From NCBI GenBank assembly GCA_001938485.1, contig MQRK01237970.1, forward strand, positions 38,064-89,306: 51,243 bases of DNA, written 5' to 3'. Each line of letters starts with the position of its first letter. Positions within the stretch are counted from its first letter, which is position 1. The stretch is from Girardia tigrina. Lineage: Eukaryota. A program made the translations under genes and the position numbers. This document shows positions 50,944-51,243 of this stretch, piece by piece. The notes beneath the pieces were generated by a model that saw nothing but the letters and a program-made list of their open reading frames with translations, did no database searches and was not told the origin of the DNA.

Positions 50944-50990
50944 TTTTTGTAATTAATTTCGGCGGATTATCCGCCATCTTCAGACTAAAT
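50944..50990 (-). ncRNA. Minimal type-I hammerhead ribozyme motif of a Penelope-like element
   Basis: Minus strand reads TTTAGT-CTGAAGA-T-GGCGG(ataat)CCGCC-GAAA-TTAAT-T-ACAAAA: catalytic boxes, a perfect 5-bp stem II and a palindromic stem III. It lies ~70 nt downstream of the GIY-YIG stop. Confidence 0.7.
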
Positions 50991-51057
50991 TAACACTGAC
51001 TTTTTGCAGCTTATATATGAGAAAGGTGATTATATAATCAATCGTATAATAAAGGCT

Positions 51058-51243
51058 CTATTTGAAAATGTTTAACGGAGAAGTTGAGTGTGAAGCTTGA
51101 ATATTAATTTTTGGATCCATGGACCTTATTAATAAGGCCTCACACGTTACTCTCTCCCAGTAATTTTTAAATCGATTACACAGAATTTTAAAATCATTTT
51201 CTCTGATTTTCTTTTTACATTTTAAATTATGTTCGGCAATATT
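51058..51243 (-). mobile_element. Penelope-like element GIY-YIG endonuclease C-terminus (runs off the window)
   Basis: Open frame NIAEHNLKC..DFKILC..NYWERVTCEALLIRSMDPKINIQ..PLNIFK* matches the PLE GIY-YIG tail (H..C..FKIL..EAL.I...P.LN.Q). Confidence 0.8.

Overview
AT-rich, intron-containing eukaryotic (animal) genomic DNA. An invertebrate such as a planarian is plausible, but that is inference from composition and TE repertoire. Two host genes converge tail-to-tail, and the 5' ends of both lie outside the window. On + are the 3' five coding exons of CFAP45/CCDC19 (2345-9281). On - are seven exons of a SLC25A14/SLC25A30 (UCP5/BMCP1/KMCP1-type) mitochondrial carrier spread over about 39 kb (48659->9539). 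Nearly everything else is intronic and packed with decayed mobile elements: mariner, Tc1 (one intron-bearing), a DD41D rosa-type element, pogo/Tigger/Tc2, hAT-type, MULE-like and other MITEs, Gypsy, NeSL/R2-type and RTE-type LINE fragments, and Penelope-like fragments with minimal hammerhead-ribozyme motifs. The most unusual item is a 1.5-kb insert bounded by a 66-bp direct repeat (16896-18562). It is a patchwork of host-like gene pieces: an intronless claudin-like fragment, an unknown GC-rich segment, and an N-terminally extended ubiquitin-like ORF ending RLRSE. Assembly gaps lie at 17800-17806, 21526-22122 and 42041-42078.
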